A stretch of 64,000 nt of DNA, taken from NCBI RefSeq assembly GCF_963921235.1, contig NC_086107.1, forward strand, positions 105,898,001 to 105,962,000, in the 5' to 3' direction. Source of the stretch: Mobula hypostoma. Its lineage: Eukaryota. The notes under the pieces are model-generated. The model saw only the letters and a list, made by a program, of their open reading frames with translations, searched no databases and was not told the origin of the DNA. The position numbers were made by a program, and so were the translations under genes. Below are positions 61,090-64,000 of this stretch, in pieces. Numbering within the stretch: the stretch's first letter is position 1; every line of letters starts with the position of its first letter.

Positions 61090-63656
61090 TAATCGGAATC
61101 AGGGGGTGTTTATCACTGACGTAAGTCAAGTGAAATTTGTGGTCATTTAACTATACAGACGTATACTGCCAAATGAGACAACATTTCTCCAGGTCAGGGT
61201 GTAAAGCATACTAGTACACACAGCACACATATAACACACAATAAGTTAGGAAAATAAGAATTAAATCCACAAATGAATTATGCACAGATAGACTGAGTAA
61301 ACTGCATAAATTAATTATTGAAGGGTATAGTACAAACACTATTAGCTGCAATACTGTGCCACTCAGCCCTTTGAGTCAATGCAATCCAATCCACTCCGTT
61401 CCCCTACTGTAATATATCCTCAAGAATACTGATGATCACTTTGCTCCACCAAATACTGATCAGCTCTTTGAGCTCCTCCAGTGGCTCTGCACCAGATTAC
61501 AGCAGCTCTTTATGATGTTGAATTTTTCCGGTTTAAGATGGTGCTACAGAAATCAGGCGACAGTTTACTGGTAGTTCAAAATACAAGGAATTTGACTAAA
61601 AAACATTATTAATAACACCTTTTCTGAATTAAATTATGCTAAACACCTTGAAGCTTTGGGCCTTCTCCAGCTGCTCCGAGGATTAGGATCAATGGACTCA
61701 ATCTGGATCAAAAACTCGCTTCTGTTGTTTGCATGATTTGTGTTTTTTTTTGCCCCTTTCTCTGCGCATTGGGTGTTGGTCTTTCCTTTTTTAAACTGGG
61801 TTCTTTCAGGTTTATTGCTTTGTGGCTGCCTGTTAGCAGCCAAGTCTCAAGGTTGTACAATTTATACATACTTTGATAATAAATGTTTCTGAATCCTTTG
61901 AATCATGACAACATAAGTCATGAAATCCGTTGCTTTGTGGTAGCAGAACAGTGCAATACATTAAGATTATTATAAACAACAATTAAAATATGTAACAAAT
62001 AAATAAATAGCGCAAAAAGACAGTAAAGTAGTGCGGGAGTGTTCATGGGTTCATTGCCATTCAGAAATCTGATGGCAGAGAGGAAGAAACTTTTCCTAAC
62101 AAAGTTGAGATTTTGTTTCCTGCTCTTTCTTGATTCAGCAGTGGGGGATATCCGCAAAGGAGACACTTTACACATGTTAAAGGTTACAGGAAATCACTTA
62201 ATTGGAGTTACAAAAATACAGGAAGGAAGAAGAATACCTAATACAATATGGAAAGAACAAAATAATGCTTATCAACTAATCAGTGGACTGATTCATAAAC
62301 ACGAGAAAGTCTGCAGAGGCTGGAAATCCAGAGCAGCACACACAAAGTGCTGGAGGAACACAACAGGTCGGGCAGCATCTATGGGAATGAATAAACAGTC
62401 GTTGTTTTGGGCCGACACCCTTCTTTGGGACTGGAAAAAACAAGATTAGAGGTCACAGTAAGAAGGTGGGAGAGGAGAGGAAGACGTACAAGGTAGTAGG
62501 AGATAGTTGAAACCAGGAGTGGGGAGGAATGAAGTAAGGAACTAGGAAGTCGATTGGTGAAAGAGATAAAGGGCTGGAGAAGAGGGAATCTGATAGGAAG
62601 GGTCAGAGGCCATGGAAGAAGGGGAAGGGGAGGAGCACCAGAGAGAGGTGATGGGTAGATAAGGAAGCAAGGTGAGAGAGGGAAATGGGAATGGGGAATG
62701 GTGAAGGAGAAGTGGGGGACAATTACAGAAAGTTCGAGAAATCGATGTTTATACTCAGACGGAATATAAGGTGTTGCTCCTTATTGCAGCAGTAGAGGAG
62801 TCCATGGACTTACATTTGGAATGGGAATGGGAAGTCGAATTGAAATGGGTGGCCACTGGGAGATCTCTGATTAAGTCTACGAATCTACATTGGGTCTCAC
62901 TGATATACGGGAGGACAACATTTCCAACATCTGCAGGTTTTCTCTTGTAGATGATAGGTGAAGCCAAATTGGGTGGGAAAGGTGAAGGACTGGAGAGGAA
63001 GGAATCTGATAGGAGAGGAGAGTGGACCGTGGGAGAAAGGTGTTGCTCTGCCACTCTCCTTGGCACAAGAGGAAACCATGGACTGACATGTTGGAACTGA
63101 TTCATTGATTATGTCTGGCAGAGTCTCAGTGACTCTCTCTCTCTCTTAGCACCAGTTGCAACCCAGCCCAGAAGCTCACTTTTATACCTTTCAGAACCTA
63201 ACACAATACCTACTCCAGTATTTTTAAATTCAGTCATAGTACCACTCTGCACCCCCTATCTCCTGTGATCCTGAGCCAAGGCATGTACCGTAAAAATAGA
63301 GACAGTAGGTCTGCAAGAAGGAATTTTTCATCAGTCTCTAATGTCAAGACCATGCATCAAAAGCCCAAGCACGTCAAGATATTGCCACTTTCCAAGCTGT
63401 CACCTTTTTGTGTTACACACTTTGCACTTACAAAGGAGGAATCAAATATACCCTTTCTAAAATGTTCTCCTTACAACTGGGGAGGGGGAGCGGGGGAATT
63501 GATGTGAATGTGGTAAGTATAAAAGGTGGGATTAGTGTAGGATTGGCGTTTATGGGTGAAGGTTGGGATGGACTCAGTGGCCAAGTGATCTGTTTCCCTG
63601 GTGACCGTTTCTATGGCCTCCAGTACTCTGAGAAATATAGACGACTGGCTATTTAT

Positions 63657-63840
63657 AGCAACTCTCACAACACGCTTGAGGAACTCAGCAGGTCGGGCAG
63701 CATCCGTGGAAACGATCAGTCAACGATTTGGGCCGGAACCCTTCATCAGAACCAACGAACCCGGCCCGAAACGTTAACTGATCGTTTCCACGGATGCTGC
63801 CCGACCTGCTGAGTTCCTCCAGCGTGTTGTGAGTGTTGCT
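63657..63840. repeat. Fold-back of two Penelope terminal segments: 80-bp arms (63657-63736 and 63761-63840) with a 24-bp spacer
   Basis: The arms are near-perfect reverse complements; the same peptide (NTLEELSRSGSIRGNDQ / LTDRFHGCCPTC) appears on both strands in the ORF track. Confidence 0.9.
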
Positions 63841-64000
63841 TCCACCCCAGCATCCGCAGAGTATTTTGAGGCTAATTATAGCAACAGGGCTTCCTGCTGT
63901 GTTCACTGCATACCTGCCCTTCATTGACCCCAAAGCACTCTGGGATGTCTTAAGGGGGAATAAAACACGCTATCTCCATGTCGGTCCTTTTTGTGAAACT

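Noticed and set aside
63100..63190. Second minus-strand promoter (TATAAAA near 63180-63186)
   Set aside because: No signal-peptide exon or splice donor follows; the sequence runs into Penelope debris.

Overview
Repeat-rich eukaryotic (vertebrate) genomic DNA. The repeat landscape (CR1 LINEs, Rex1/Babar-type LINE ends, Penelope-like elements, V-SINEs, Deu-domain SINE relics, Tc1, pogo and Harbinger derivatives) points to a cartilaginous fish, probably a ray; this is an inference. The one well-supported host gene is on the minus strand and is missed by the ORF track because it is spliced. It runs TATA box (29289-29295), exon 1 with a signal peptide (29154-29211), exon 2 (19201-19401, S-x-E sites and GYGNGYDNGY repeats), exon 3 (18735-18890, Gly/His/Tyr-rich) and exon 4 (15757-16813, about 350 aa of phosphophoryn-like Asp-Ser-Ser repeats). 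All junctions are GT-AG and join in frame (phases 1,1,1, then a probable phase-2 donor). This gives a secreted, extremely acidic protein of at least 490 aa that resembles dentin phosphoprotein or starmaker in composition but lacks the SCPP gene architecture. A RUNX (OSE2) site lies just upstream of the TATA box. Bases 1-15376 are a satellite of a 24-bp core plus variable (GT)n, with kb-scale higher-order duplications. The rest is layered transposon debris. It includes Penelope ends carrying minimal hammerhead ribozyme motifs, a fold-back Penelope end, two inverted 33-bp minisatellites grown from a DeuSINE segment, a Harbinger derivative with TIRs and TSD, and several nested insertions.
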